Positions 24,660 to 36,689 of a stretch of 55,598 nucleotides of DNA are shown here, piece after piece; position 1 is the stretch's first letter; every line of letters begins with the position of its first letter. The notes beneath the pieces are model-generated. The model did no database searches and was not told the origin of the DNA. It was given only the letters and a program-made list of their open reading frames with translations. The stretch comes from Hypanus sabinus (taxonomy: Eukaryota), in contig NW_026779338.1 of the NCBI RefSeq assembly GCF_030144855.1, positions 62,001 to 117,598 of the forward strand, in the 5' to 3' direction. The position numbers were made by a program, and so were the translations under genes.

Positions 24660-27264
24660 GAACATAAGAAATAGGAGCAGAAATTGGCCACCTGGCACAT
24701 CGAGCCTGCTCTGCCATTCAATAAGATCACGGCTGATCTGACCATGGACTCATCCCCACCTACTTGCCTTTTCCCCACAACCCTTAAATCCCCTACAACG
24801 CAAAACTCTGTCCAACCTTGTCTTAAATATAGTTACTAAGGTAGCCTGCAACGCTTCCTTGGGCAGAGAATTCCATAGAGTCACCACTCTGGGAAAAGCA
24901 GATCTTCCTCACCTCCATCCTAAATTTACTCCTCCATATCTTGAGGCTATGCCCCCGAGTTCTAGTCTCATCTACCAGTATAAACAGTTCTCCAACTGAT
25001 CTATCCCTCTCATAATTTGATATGTTTTATATAAGTTCTCCTCTTATTCTTCTGAATTCCAGTGAGTACAGTCCCAGGTGACTCAATCTCTCCTTAGAGT
25101 CGAACCCCTCATCTCTGGAATCAACCTGGTGAATCTCCTCCGCACCACCTCCAAAGCCAGTCTAAGAGACCAGAACTGCACACAGTTCTCCAGGTGCGGC
25201 CTCACCAGTTCCAGCACAACCTCCCAGCTCTTAAATTCAATCCCTCCAGCAGTGAAAACCCACATTCCATTTGCTTTCTTGATAGCCTGCTGCACCTGTA
25301 AACCAACATTTTGTGATTCGTGTACAAGCCTTCACAGCAAGTCCTTCTGCACAGCAGCATGCTGCAATCTTATATCGTTTATAGAAACATAGAAACACAG
25401 AAAACCTACAGCACAATATGTGCTCTTTGGCCCACAAAGTTGTGCCAAACATGTCCCTACCTTAGAAATTACTAGAGTTACACATTGAAACATAGAAACA
25501 TAGAAAATAAGTGCAGGAGTAGGCCATTTGGCCCTTTGAGCCTGCACCGCTATTCAGTATGATCATGGCTGATCATCCAACTCAGAACCCTGTACCTGCT
25601 TTCTCTCCATACCCCCTGATCCCTTTAGCCACAAGGGCCGTATCTAACTCCCTCTTAAATATAGCCAATGAAGCGGCCTCAACTGTTTCCTGTGGCAGAG
25701 AATTCCACAGATTCACCACTCTCTGTGTGAAGAAGTTTTTCCTCTTCTCCATCCAAAAAGCTTCCCCATTATCCTTAAACAGTGACCCCTCGTTCTGGAC
25801 TTTCCCAACATCGGAAACAATCATCCTGCATCTAGCCTGTCCAATCCCTTTAGAATTTTATTTGTTTCAATAAGATCTCCCTTTAGTCTTATATATTCCA
25901 GTGAGTATAAGCCTAGTCGATCCAGTCTTTCTTCATATGAAAGTCCTGCCATCCCAGGAATCAATCTGGTGAACCTTCTTTATACTCTCACTATGGCAAA
26001 AATGTCTTTCCTCAGATTAGGGGACCAAAACTGCACACAATCCTCTGGGTGCAGCCTCACCAAGGTCTTGTACAACTGCAGTAGAACCTCCCTGCTCCTG
26101 TACTCAAATCCTTTTGCTATGAATGCCAACATACCATTTGCCTTTTTCACCGCCTGCTGTACCTGCATGCCCACCTTCAATGACTGGTGTACAATGACAC
26201 CCAGGTCTCGTTGCTCCTCCTCTTTTCCTAATAGGCCACCGTTCAGATAATAATCTGTTTTCCTGTTCTTGCAACCTAAGTGGATAACCTCATATTTATC
26301 CACATTAAATTGCATTGGCCATCAATTTGCCCACTCACCTAACCTATCCAAGTCACCCTGCATCCTCTTAGCATCCTCCTCACAGCTAACACCGCTGCCA
26401 AGCACTCTATTTTTCAAAGCTCCATTCGCCAATCCAAAACATTCTTCAAAGACCCCCTATCGTATCTGCCTCCACCACCGTTGCCGGCAGCCCATTCCAC
26501 GTACTCACCACTCTCTACGTAAAAAACTTATCCCTGACATAGCCTCTGTACCTACTCCCAAGCACCTTAAACCTGTGCCCTCTTGTGGCAGCCATTTCAG
26601 CCCTGGGATAAAGCCTCTGACTATCCACACGATCTATGCCTCTCACCTCTATCAGGTCACCTCATATCCTCCAATGCTCCAAGGAGGAAAGGCCGAGTTC
26701 ACTCAACCTGTTTTCATGAGGCATGCTCCCCAATCCAGGTGACATCCTTGTAAATCTCCTCTGCATCCTTTTTATTCTTTCAACGTCCTTCCTGCAGTGA
26801 GGTGACCTGAACTGAGCACAGTACTCCAAGTGGGGTCTGACCAGGGTCCTATATAGCTGCAATATTACCTCTCGGCTCCTAAATTTAATTCCACGTTTGA
26901 TGATGGCCTATACACCGTATGCCTTCTAAACCACAAAGTTAACCTGCACAGCTGCTTTGAGAGTCCTATGGACTCAAACCCCAAGATACCTTTCATCCTC
27001 CACACTACCAAGAGTCTTACCATTTATACTATATTCTGCCATCATATTTGACCTACTAAAATGAACCACTTCACACTTCTGGGTTGAACTCCATCTGCCA
27101 CTTCTCTGCCCAGTTTTGCATTCAATCAATGTCCTGCTGTAATCTCTGACAGCCCTCCACACTATCCACAACACCTCCAACCTTTGTGTCATCAGCAAAC
27201 TTACTAACCCTTCCCTCCACTTACTTATCCAGGTCATTTATAAAAATCACAAAGAGTAGGGGTC
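24660..27264 (-). mobile_element. Cluster of nested CR1 fragments; the last is cut at the duplication junction
   Basis: ORFs 25083-25295, 25582-25824, 25980-26315, 26662-26862 and 26974-27237 are CR1 RT/3' pieces with (aacatagaa)n tails. The last piece stops abruptly at gagtaggggtc (27264). Confidence 0.88.
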
Positions 27265-27266
27265 TT

Positions 27267-29525
27267 CCCACACTGGGAAGCTGCCTGTTCCCATACTGGT
27301 ATTACTGGAACCCACACTGGGAAGCTGCCTGTTTCCATACCGGTATTACTGGAACCCACACTGGGAAGCAGCCTGTTCCCATACCGGTATTACTGGAACC
27401 CACACTGGGAAGCTGCCTGTTTCCATACCGGTATTAATGGAGCCCACACTGGGAAGCTGCCTGTTTCCATACCGGTATTAATGGAACCCACACTGGGAAG
27501 CAGCCTGTTCCCATACCGGTATAAATGGAACCCACACTGGGAAGCTGCCTGTTCCCATACCGGTATTAATGGAGCCCACACTGGGAAGCTGCCTGTTCCA
27601 ATACCGGTATTAATGGAGTCCACACTGGGAATCTGCTTGTTCCCATACCGGTATAAATGGAGTCCACACTGGGAAGCTGCCTGTTCCCATACCGGTATTA
27701 ATGGAGTCCACACTGGGAAGCTGCCTGTTCCTATACCGGTATTAATGGAACCCACACTGGGAAGCTGCCTGTTCCCATACCGGTATTAATGGAACCCACA
27801 CTGGGAAGCTGCCTGTTCCAATACCGGTATTAATGGAACCCACACTGGGAAGCTGCCTCTTCCAATACCGGCATTAATGGAACCCACACTGGGAAGCTGC
27901 CTGTTCCCATACCGGTATTAATGGAGCCCACACTGGGAAGCTGCCTGTTCCCATTCCGGTATTAATGGAACCCACACTCGGAAGCTGCCTGATCCCATAC
28001 CGGTATTAATCGAGCCCACACTGGGAAGCTGTCTGTTCCCATACCGGTATTAATGGAGCCCACACTGGGAAGCTGCCTGTTCCAATACCGGTATTAATGG
28101 AGCCCACACTGGGAAGCTGCCTGTTCCCATACTGGTATTAATGGAACCCACACTGGGAAGCTGCCTGTTCCCATACCGGTATTAATGGAGTCCACACTGG
28201 GTAGCTGCCTGTTCCCATACCGGTATTAATGGAGCCCACACTGGGAAGCTGCAAGATCCCATACCGGCATTAATGGAACCCACACTGGGAAGCTGCCTGA
28301 TCCCATACCGGCATTAATGGAACCCACACTGGGAAGCTGCCTGTTCCCATACCGGTATTAATGGAGCCCACTCTGGGAAGCTGCCTGTTCCCATACCGGT
28401 ATTAATGGAGCCCACACTGGGAAGCTGCCTGTTCCCATACCGGTATTAATGGAGCCCACACTGGGAAGCTGCCTGTTGCCATACCGGTATTAATGGAGCC
28501 CACACTGGGAAGCTGCCTGTTCCCATACCGGTATTAATGGAGCCCACTCTGGGAAGCTGCCTGTTCCCATACCGGTATTAATGGAGCCCACACTGGGAAA
28601 CTGCCTGTTCCCATACCGGTATTAATGGAGCCCACACTGGGAAGCTGCCTGTTCCCATACCGGTATTAATGGAGTCCACACTGGGAAGCTGCCTGTTCCC
28701 ATACCGGTATTAATGGAGCCCACTCTGGGAAGCTGCCTGTTCCCATACCGGTATTAATGGAGCCCACACTGGGAAGCTGCCTGTTGCCATACCGGTATTA
28801 ATGGAGCCCGCTCTGGGAAGCTGCCTGTTCCCATACCGGTGTTAATGGAGCCCACACTGGGAAGCTGCCTGTTCCCATACCGGTATTAATGGAGCCCACA
28901 CTGGGAAGCTGCCTGTTCCCATACCGGTATTAATGGAGCCCACACTGGGAAGCTGCCTGTTCCCATACCGGTATTAATGGAGTCCACACTGGGAAGCTGC
29001 CTGTTCCCACACCGGCATTAATGGAGCCCACACTGGGAAACTGCCTGTTCCCATTCCGGTATTAATGGAGCCCACACTGGGAAGCTGTCTGTCCCCATAC
29101 CGGTATTAATGGAACCCACACTGGGAAGCTGCCTGTTCCCATACAGGTATTAATGGAACCCACACTGGGAAGCTGCCTGTTCCCACACCGGTATTAATGG
29201 AGCCCACACTGGGAAGCTGCCTGTTGCCATACCGGTATTAATGGAGCCGACACTGGGAAGATGCCTGTTCCCATACCGGTATTAATGGAGTCCACACTGG
29301 GAAGCTGCCTGTTCCCATACCTGTATTAATGGAGCCCACACTCGGAAGCTGCTTGTTCCCATACCGGTATTAATGGAGCCCTCACTGGGAATCTGCGTGT
29401 TCCCATACCGGTATTAATGGAACCCACACTGGGAAGCTGCCTGTTCCCATACCGGTATTAATGGAGCCCACACTGGGAAGCTGCCTGTTCCCATACCGGC
29501 ATTCATGGAGCCCACACTGGGACGC
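27267..29525. repeat. 44-bp tandem satellite, ~51 units (copy B)
   Basis: Same unit as 6803-7103; begins at the duplication junction. Its ORFs (27186-27789) are repeat translations. Confidence 0.97.
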
Positions 29526-29797
29526 TGGCTCAGACATTCTGAGGAAATAAAGGGTGTGTAAAAATGTTGTCCTTTCATAACTTAGTTTATAATAGAGAAA
29601 AGTGGAGGAGATAACCTGATAGCATAGACAGTGAATTTGGAGATTGTGTTAACACTGATGGAGACACAGCAAATTCACAGATAATCTCATTCTGTATTAT
29701 TGATTTGTGAATTGTGTTACTGGGAAAGCAGCAGAGTTTGGCTATTTCTCGCTGACTGCTGAGTGTCTATCATTATATAATTAGAGAAAACACTTAC

Positions 29798-30166
29798 CTA
29801 CAACACGTAGTTGTGTTATGGTGGAGTAGCTATAGCAATCCGAACCTTTAAATTCAATTCTGAAGTGATAAGGACCTTCATCTTCCTGTGTAACATTGTT
29901 TATATTCAGGGAACAGTCATTGTCGTTCAGGCTTCCAGAGAGCTGGGTCCGATGGTGATATCTTGGCATTACATGATTGCTATCCGTGGAGTGAAAGGCT
30001 ATCTGTGACTGTGAAGACAGGTAATTTGAGTTAAACCAGATTCCTACCCGTTGATCATTTGCCAGACGTGATGGATAGCTGTAGCGACACTGAATGTGTG
30101 CACACAGGCCCTTCCGCACTCTAACTTCTTGTTGAATGTTGGCTGTCCATTCCTCTGACACGACAG
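29798..30166 (-). CDS. Siglec/CD22/MAG-like V-set Ig exon (copy B)
   Basis: Same splice sites and motifs as copy A, with 10 substitutions in 369 nt. FRIE Arg and all four Cys are retained. Confidence 0.93.
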
Positions 30167-30689
30167 CTGAGGAGAGAGTATGAATATTAAGCAACAAGAC
30201 AGTATTGAAGGAGATCCTCAGTGTTGACAGTTACATTGCTGTTGGCGTGTACCGCAGAGTTCTTGGTGAGCACTATGCTGTAATGATGGAGAGCTGGCCA
30301 GTCATGGTGGTTATACTGAAGAAGTGTTACGCAGACACAAGGACAATGCCAGCAACACTCTACTATCAGCACTGCAAATCTGGAGACCCGACATAAGGCA
30401 GCACGATAGTGTATTGGTCAACAAGATGCTTTACAGTACAAGCCAGCCGGGTTCAATTCATGCTGCTGCCTGTAAGAAGTTTATACATTCGCCCCGTGAC
30501 CACGTCCTCCCACTGTCCAAAGACATACTGGTTCATAGATCATTGTAAATTGTCCCTTGATTAGACAAGATTAAATTGTGGGATTGCTGGGTGGCATGGC
30601 TCAAAGGGCTAGGAGGGACTATTCTGCACTGCATCTTAACAGCTGTCCACTGGACAACTGTAGGTCCAAGTACCATTGGATTTCTGTAC

Positions 30690-32820
30690 AATCAGTATGT
30701 CTGCAATGTGGGAGTATTGAAGGAGCATTAAAGGAACACTAAGCAGAACGTCCGTAATGTGGGAGCATCTTAAAGTGGTTTAATGGGGCACTAATCAGAA
30801 CGTCCGCAATGTGGAAGTACTAAAGGAGCTTTAAGGGAACACTAATCAGAATGTCTACAAAGTGGGAGTACTAATGGAGCTTTAAGGGAGCACTAATCAA
30901 AATGTCCACAATGTGGGAGTACTAAAGAAGCTTTAAGGGAGCACTAATCAGAATGTCTTCAAAATGGGAGTACTAATGGAGCTTTAAGGGAGCACTAATC
31001 AAAATGTCCACAATGTGGGAGTACTAAAGGAGCTTTAAGGGAGCACTAATCAGAATGTCTACAAAGTGGGAGTACTAATGGAGCTTTAAGGGAGCACTAA
31101 TCAAAATGTCCACAATGTGGGAGTACTAAAGGAGCTTTAAGGTAGCACTAATCAGAATGTCTTCAAAATGGGAGTACTAATGGAGCTTTAAGGGAGCACT
31201 AATCAGAATGCCTACAATGTGTGAGTACTAAAAGATCATCAAAGGAGCACTAATCAGAATGTCTGCTATGTGGGAGTACTAAAAGATCATCAAAGGAGGA
31301 CTAATCAGAATGTCCGCAATGTGGGAGTACTAAAGGAGCATTAAAGGGGCACTAATGAGAAGGTCCACAATGTGGGAGTACTAGAGGAGCATTAAGGTGC
31401 TCCCAAGGTGTATTGGGGCAGCATGTTGAGGGTAGCAGACAGCAACAGAATCAACAAACTTATTCATAAGGCCTGTGATGTTGTGTGGGTGGAACTGGAC
31501 TCTCTGACGGTGGTGTCTGAAAAGAGGATGCTGTCCAAGTTGCATGCCATCTTGGACAATGACTCCCATCCACTCCATAATGCACTGGTTAGGCACAGGA
31601 GTACTTTCAGCCAGAGACTCATTCCACCGAGATGTAAAACTGAGCGTCATAGGAAGTCATTCCTACCTGTAGCCATCAAACTTTACAACCCCTCCCTTGG
31701 AGTGTCAGACACCCTGAGCCAATAGGCTGGTCCTGGATTTATTTCCACTTAGCATGACTAACTAATTATTATTTTATAATTTATGGTTTTATATTGCTAT
31801 ATTTCTTCACTATTCTTGGTTGGTGCAGCTTGAACAAAACCCAATTTCCCTCTGGATCAATAAAGTATGTCTGTCTGTGTGTCTGTAAAGGAGCACTAAC
31901 CAGAACTTCCGCAAGGTGGGAGTATCTTAAGGAGCATTAAGGGAGCACTAATCAGAATGTCTGCAATGTGGGAGTACTAAAGGAGCATTAAAGGAGCACT
32001 AATCAGAATGTCCACAATGTGGGAGTACTAAAGGAGCATTAAAGGAGCACTAATCAGAATTTCTGCAATGTGGGAGTACTAAAGGAGCATTAAAGGAGCA
32101 CTAATCAGAATTTCTGCAATGTGGGAGTACTAAAGGAGCATTAAAGGAGCACTAATCAGAATGTCTGCAGTGTGGGAGTACTAAAGGAGCATTAAAGGAG
32201 CACTAATCAGAATGTCCACAATGTGGGAGTACTAATGGAGCATTAAAGGAGCACTAATCAGAATGTCTGCAATGTGGGAGTACTAAAGGAGCATTAAAGG
32301 AGCACTAATCAGAATTTCTGCAATGTGGGAGTACTAAAGGAGCATTAAAGGAGCACTAATCAGAATGTCCACAATGTGGGAGTACTAAAGGAGCATTAAA
32401 GGAGCACTAATCAGAATGTCCACAATGTGGGAGTACTAAAGGAGCATTAAAGGAGTACTAATGAGAAAGTCTGCAATGTGGGAGTACTAAAGGAGCTTTA
32501 AAGGAGCACTAATCAGAATGTCCACAATGTGGGAGTACTAAAGGAGCATTAAAGGAGTACTAATGAGAAAGTCTGCAATGTGGGAGTACTAAAGGAGCTT
32601 TAAGGGAGCTCTAATCAGAATTTCTGCAATGTGGGAGTACTAAAGGAGCATTAAAGGAGTACTAATCAGAATGTCTGCAATGTGGGAGTACTAAAGGATC
32701 ATCAAAGGAGTACTAATCAGAATGTCTGCAATGTGGGAGTACTAAAGGAGCTTTAAAGGAGTACTAATCAGAATGTCTGCAATTTTGGAGTACTAAAGGA
32801 GCTTTAAGGGAGCAGTAATC
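30690..32820. repeat. 51-bp satellite (copy B), split by a LINE insertion into 30690-31395 and 31887-32820
   Basis: Same unit as 8268-10107, with different variant units. Confidence 0.95.
31396..31886 (+). mobile_element. 5'-truncated Rex1/Babar-type LINE inserted in the satellite
   Basis: ORF 31408-31725 'ADSNRINKLIHKA...PLH...RCKTERHRKSFLPVAIKLYN' (DUF1891-like C-terminus); AATAAA and (tgtc)n tail. Absent from copy A. Confidence 0.85.
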
Positions 32821-32886
32821 TCTATCAAAATTAGTTGCCACCCCAACTCATTGGCAGTTGATCAGCTGAGCTGCTGTTGCTGGTAC

Positions 32887-32926
32887 CTTGCAGAACTGAG
32901 AGGAGGAAATACCGCTTTCCGATCAT
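32887..32926 (-). CDS. Signal-peptide exon (copy B), MIGKRYFLLSVLQ; exon spans 32887-32968
   Basis: Acceptor ttctctttcag|, ATG at 32926, donor G|gtacc intact; W5R relative to copy A. Confidence 0.75.
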
Positions 32927-35900
32927 CGTGCAATCCCAGATATTCTGTCCGTTTCCTGCTCTCAGGGTCTGAAAGAGAACAGAGTTAATGAGAGCCCTTC
33001 TCCTGCCTGGCGGCTTTGGCAGGGGTTAAAACTACTTGAGGACAAAATCTTTGTGGTTCACTTTAATCAACTGTGTGAAGGGTGATTCTCTGCTGTGAGG
33101 TTGAGAAGGAGAGAAGCATTCTGCCAACTCTTGAGAAATCCAGCGATATTCACACTGTTCTTTGTCACTCACTACTATCTGTTTGAAAGGCAGCAGACTA
33201 CCTGCACAATTTATGTTGACACTTTCAGCAAAACCATGGAGGATCATGCTCATTGGGGAAGGGGGGTCTTTGCTTTGCTGCTGCTGATGCGTGAGAAGCC
33301 AGGGCTGGGGGGAACTTTGGGGTTCTAACATTGAACTGTCATTCATTCTTTGGGGCACTTCTCTGTTTCTGTGGATGTTTGTGAAGAAAAAGGATTTCAG
33401 GATGCATATTGTATATTTTTATCTGACATTAAATGTACTTATTGGAAGTTGGTAAGACACTGTCCTGCCTTGCACAAAGCCTCTCTCCTCATTACTCTCT
33501 CTCTCCCTGTTCTCCCTCATTAGGTTGTGGGTTTCCAAACGCTCATACTGTATATCCTATCCTTTAGAACTTTCTCCATTAATTTCCCCACGCTGACACG
33601 AGACTCATTGGTTGCCTTAATCCCTGACAAGCTGCCGGTGACTAGTGGTGCTCTACAGGGGTCTGTGTGGGACCGATGCTTTTTACATTATATGTCTATG
33701 ATTTGGATGGTGAAATTGATGGTTTTGTTGCAAAGTTTTCAGACAATATGAAGATAGGCAGAGGGGCAGGTAGTTTCGAAGAAGTAGAGGTTTACAGAAG
33801 GGTATGGATTGAGAATAAGAGGTCAGTTATTTAAAACAGAGTTGAGGAAGAGCTTCTTCTCCCAGAGAGATGTGGAGGTGTGGAATGCACTGCCTCGGAA
33901 GATGGTGGAGACCAATTCCCTGGATGCTTTCAAGAAGGAGCTAGATAGATATCTGATGGATAGGGGAATCAAGGGATATGGGGACAAGGCAGGGACTGGG
34001 TATTGATAGTGAATGATCAGCCATGTACATGGTTCCCTAAGGGTTAATTTGCAGGTTGAGACTGCGGTGAGGAAGGCAAATGCATTGCTAGCTTTCATTT
34101 CAAGACTAGAATGTAAAAGCAAGGATGTAAAGCTGAAACTTTATAAAGCACTGGTGAGTCCTCACTTGGAGTATTGAGAGCAGTTTTGGGCCAATTATCT
34201 TAGAAAGGTCATGCTGAAACTGGAGAGGGTTCAAAGAAAGTTCATGAAAATGATTCCAGGATTGAATGGCAGGTTTGATACTGTCATTTAAAGTAAAATT
34301 GGATAGGTATATGGACAGGAAAGGAATGGAGGGTTATGGGCTGAGTGCGGGTCAGTGGGACTAGGTGAGAGTAAGCGTTCAGCACGGACTAGAAGGGCCG
34401 AGATGGCCTGTTTCAATGCTGTAATTGTTATATGTCTATATGGTTATGTGAAGAGCATTTGTTGACTCTGGGCCTTTATTCACTTGATTTCAGAAGAATG
34501 AGGGGTGACCTCATTGACCCCTATCAAAAGATGAAATGCCTTGATAGAGTGGATGTGGAGATGGTGTTCCTATGGTGGGAGTCTAAGACCAGAGGACACA
34601 GCCTCAGGCTAGAGGCGTGTCCTTTTAGAACGGAGATGAGGAGGAATTTCTTCAGCCAGATGGTGGTGAATCCGTGGAATTCTTTGCCACAGGCAGCTGT
34701 GGAGACCAAGTCTTCATGTATATCTAAGGCAGAGGCTGATAAATTCTTGATTGGCCGGGGCATGAAGGGATACGGGGAGAAGGCAGGACATTGGGGCCGA
34801 GCGGAGGATTGGGTCAGCGAAGATGAAGTGGTGCAGCAGACTGGACGGGCCCAATGACCTGATTCTGCTCCTGTATCTATGGTCTTAAATAGAGGTACAA
34901 CAATCGCCACTCGCCATTCGTCTGGGACCTCACCCGTGGCTAGAGTTTACAGGTGCTGAGACTGAATAGTGTCAGCAGAACCACACTCTTTCCCTCTCTC
35001 TCTCACACACAGACGAGCTTACAATGAGGTGCTGATGAGAGCCCAGCCTTGGGAATTAGGAATCCTCGTGAATGGAAAGGTAGGGATGAGGATTCCACGT
35101 GCGATGAGCCGAGAGAATTGGCTGATGAAATGCCCATCAGTAGTGGACACCAAACCCTGATCTATAAGCTGTCTGACTTCCTGTGCAAATTTCACACAAG
35201 TGCAGCTGCTGCATCTCACCTCCCCAACATCCTGATGCTGGGCGTTGTATAGCTAAGCCGCGATACTGATAAAGAACTCGCTGGACAAAGCTTTGCAGCT
35301 CACATTAGGACCTGAAATATTGGATAACTCGCTGCCTAAGTGGCTACTGCAGATTGATCTCACTGCTTCATCTCACAACCCAACAACCCGACCATGCACA
35401 CTATTCGTGTCTCTGTGCTCTGCGATTCAAACTTCCCAGGCTCAACAATATATCCCACCACGTTTCTGTTGTTTAGAATCCTACTTCACCCAAGCTCAGC
35501 TTCTCATACACTGACATCGGTATACCTGCTTCCCCTGCAACGTGCTCATCGATGTCTCGGCTCAGCGACACCTGGGCCACTCATACTGACCATTGTTCCT
35601 TCCAGTCCCGGCTATCCTTACTTGTCCAGGCAATGTTCCAGTGCTCAAGAACACATTTCATTCATAAGACATCTTTCACGTCACTTTCTGGACACCCCAA
35701 AACTCTCTGCAGCCAGTGAAGTGCAGTCACCACGGTAACTGAAGCTTACGTGGTTTAAAGCAGAGGCTGAGAGGTACATGATTAACCAGGGCAGCAAAAG
35801 TTATGGGGGAAAGGCAGGAGACTGGGGTTAAGAAGGAAAATAAACCAGCCATGATCAAATGACTGAGAAGACTCAATAGGCCAAATGGCTTAGTTCTGCT

Positions 35901-36689
35901 CTTGTGTCTTATGATCTTAATGTTGCACAGAAGTTCCCATAAACAGATAAAAACACAAAATGCTGGCAGAACTCAGCAGAAACATCGTCACTACCTCCTC
36001 CCATAGATGCTGTTTGGCCTGCTGAGTTCTGCCAGCACTTTGTGTGTTTATTTATTTCCGGCATCTGCAGATTCACTCGTGTTGCCATAAACAGAAGTGA
36101 GATAGTGTTCCAGAGCAGCAATTCTGCAAGAGATGTGAAGAAAACTGGGTTATCGGATGGAACTCCTCACTGCTCTTTGCCTGTGATTCCCCTGGATGTT
36201 TCACCTCTCTCAGGGACGGCAGTTAAGCCCTTGGTTCAATATTCATTCAAAGATGGCCTGCTGGACAGTGGAGAGCTTCCTCAGCACGGTCCTTCCTAAA
36301 GCACAGCCCTCTGTAGTTTCTCCCTTACCTCTGTCTTGCTGACAGTGCAATTGCCCCTCAGTAATGTCTCTCTGCCAACGCTCAAGGCAGATTGAAAGTT
36401 CAAAGTAAATTTATTATCAGGGGAAGTATACATATGTCACTATACACATCGTTGAGATTTGTTTTCTTGCTGGCAATCACCGTAAATACAAGAAACACAA
36501 TCGAATCAATGGAAACCTACACACAACACGATGGACAAACAACCAACGTGCAGAAAGAAAGCAACAAACTGCAAATAAAAGGAGAGAAAAATAATTATTG
36601 CTATTATCAGTAATAATAATAGTAAATGCAATAAAGCAAATCACGACTGTTCTCCTATTTGTACAACTACTCCACAGGTCTGTCCCTCT

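Larger units (their letters stand above)
6803..27264. repeat. Tandem segmental duplication, copy A
   Basis: Collinear with 27265-48009 (offset 22422 at the V exon, 21656 across the L1/Tc1 region). Many ORF translations are identical or nearly so between copies. Confidence 0.92.

Noticed and set aside
29798-30166. Positive selection between the V exons (7 amino-acid changes)
   Set aside because: 10 substitutions, 7 non-synonymous and 3 synonymous, is about the neutral expectation, and the counts are too small to test.
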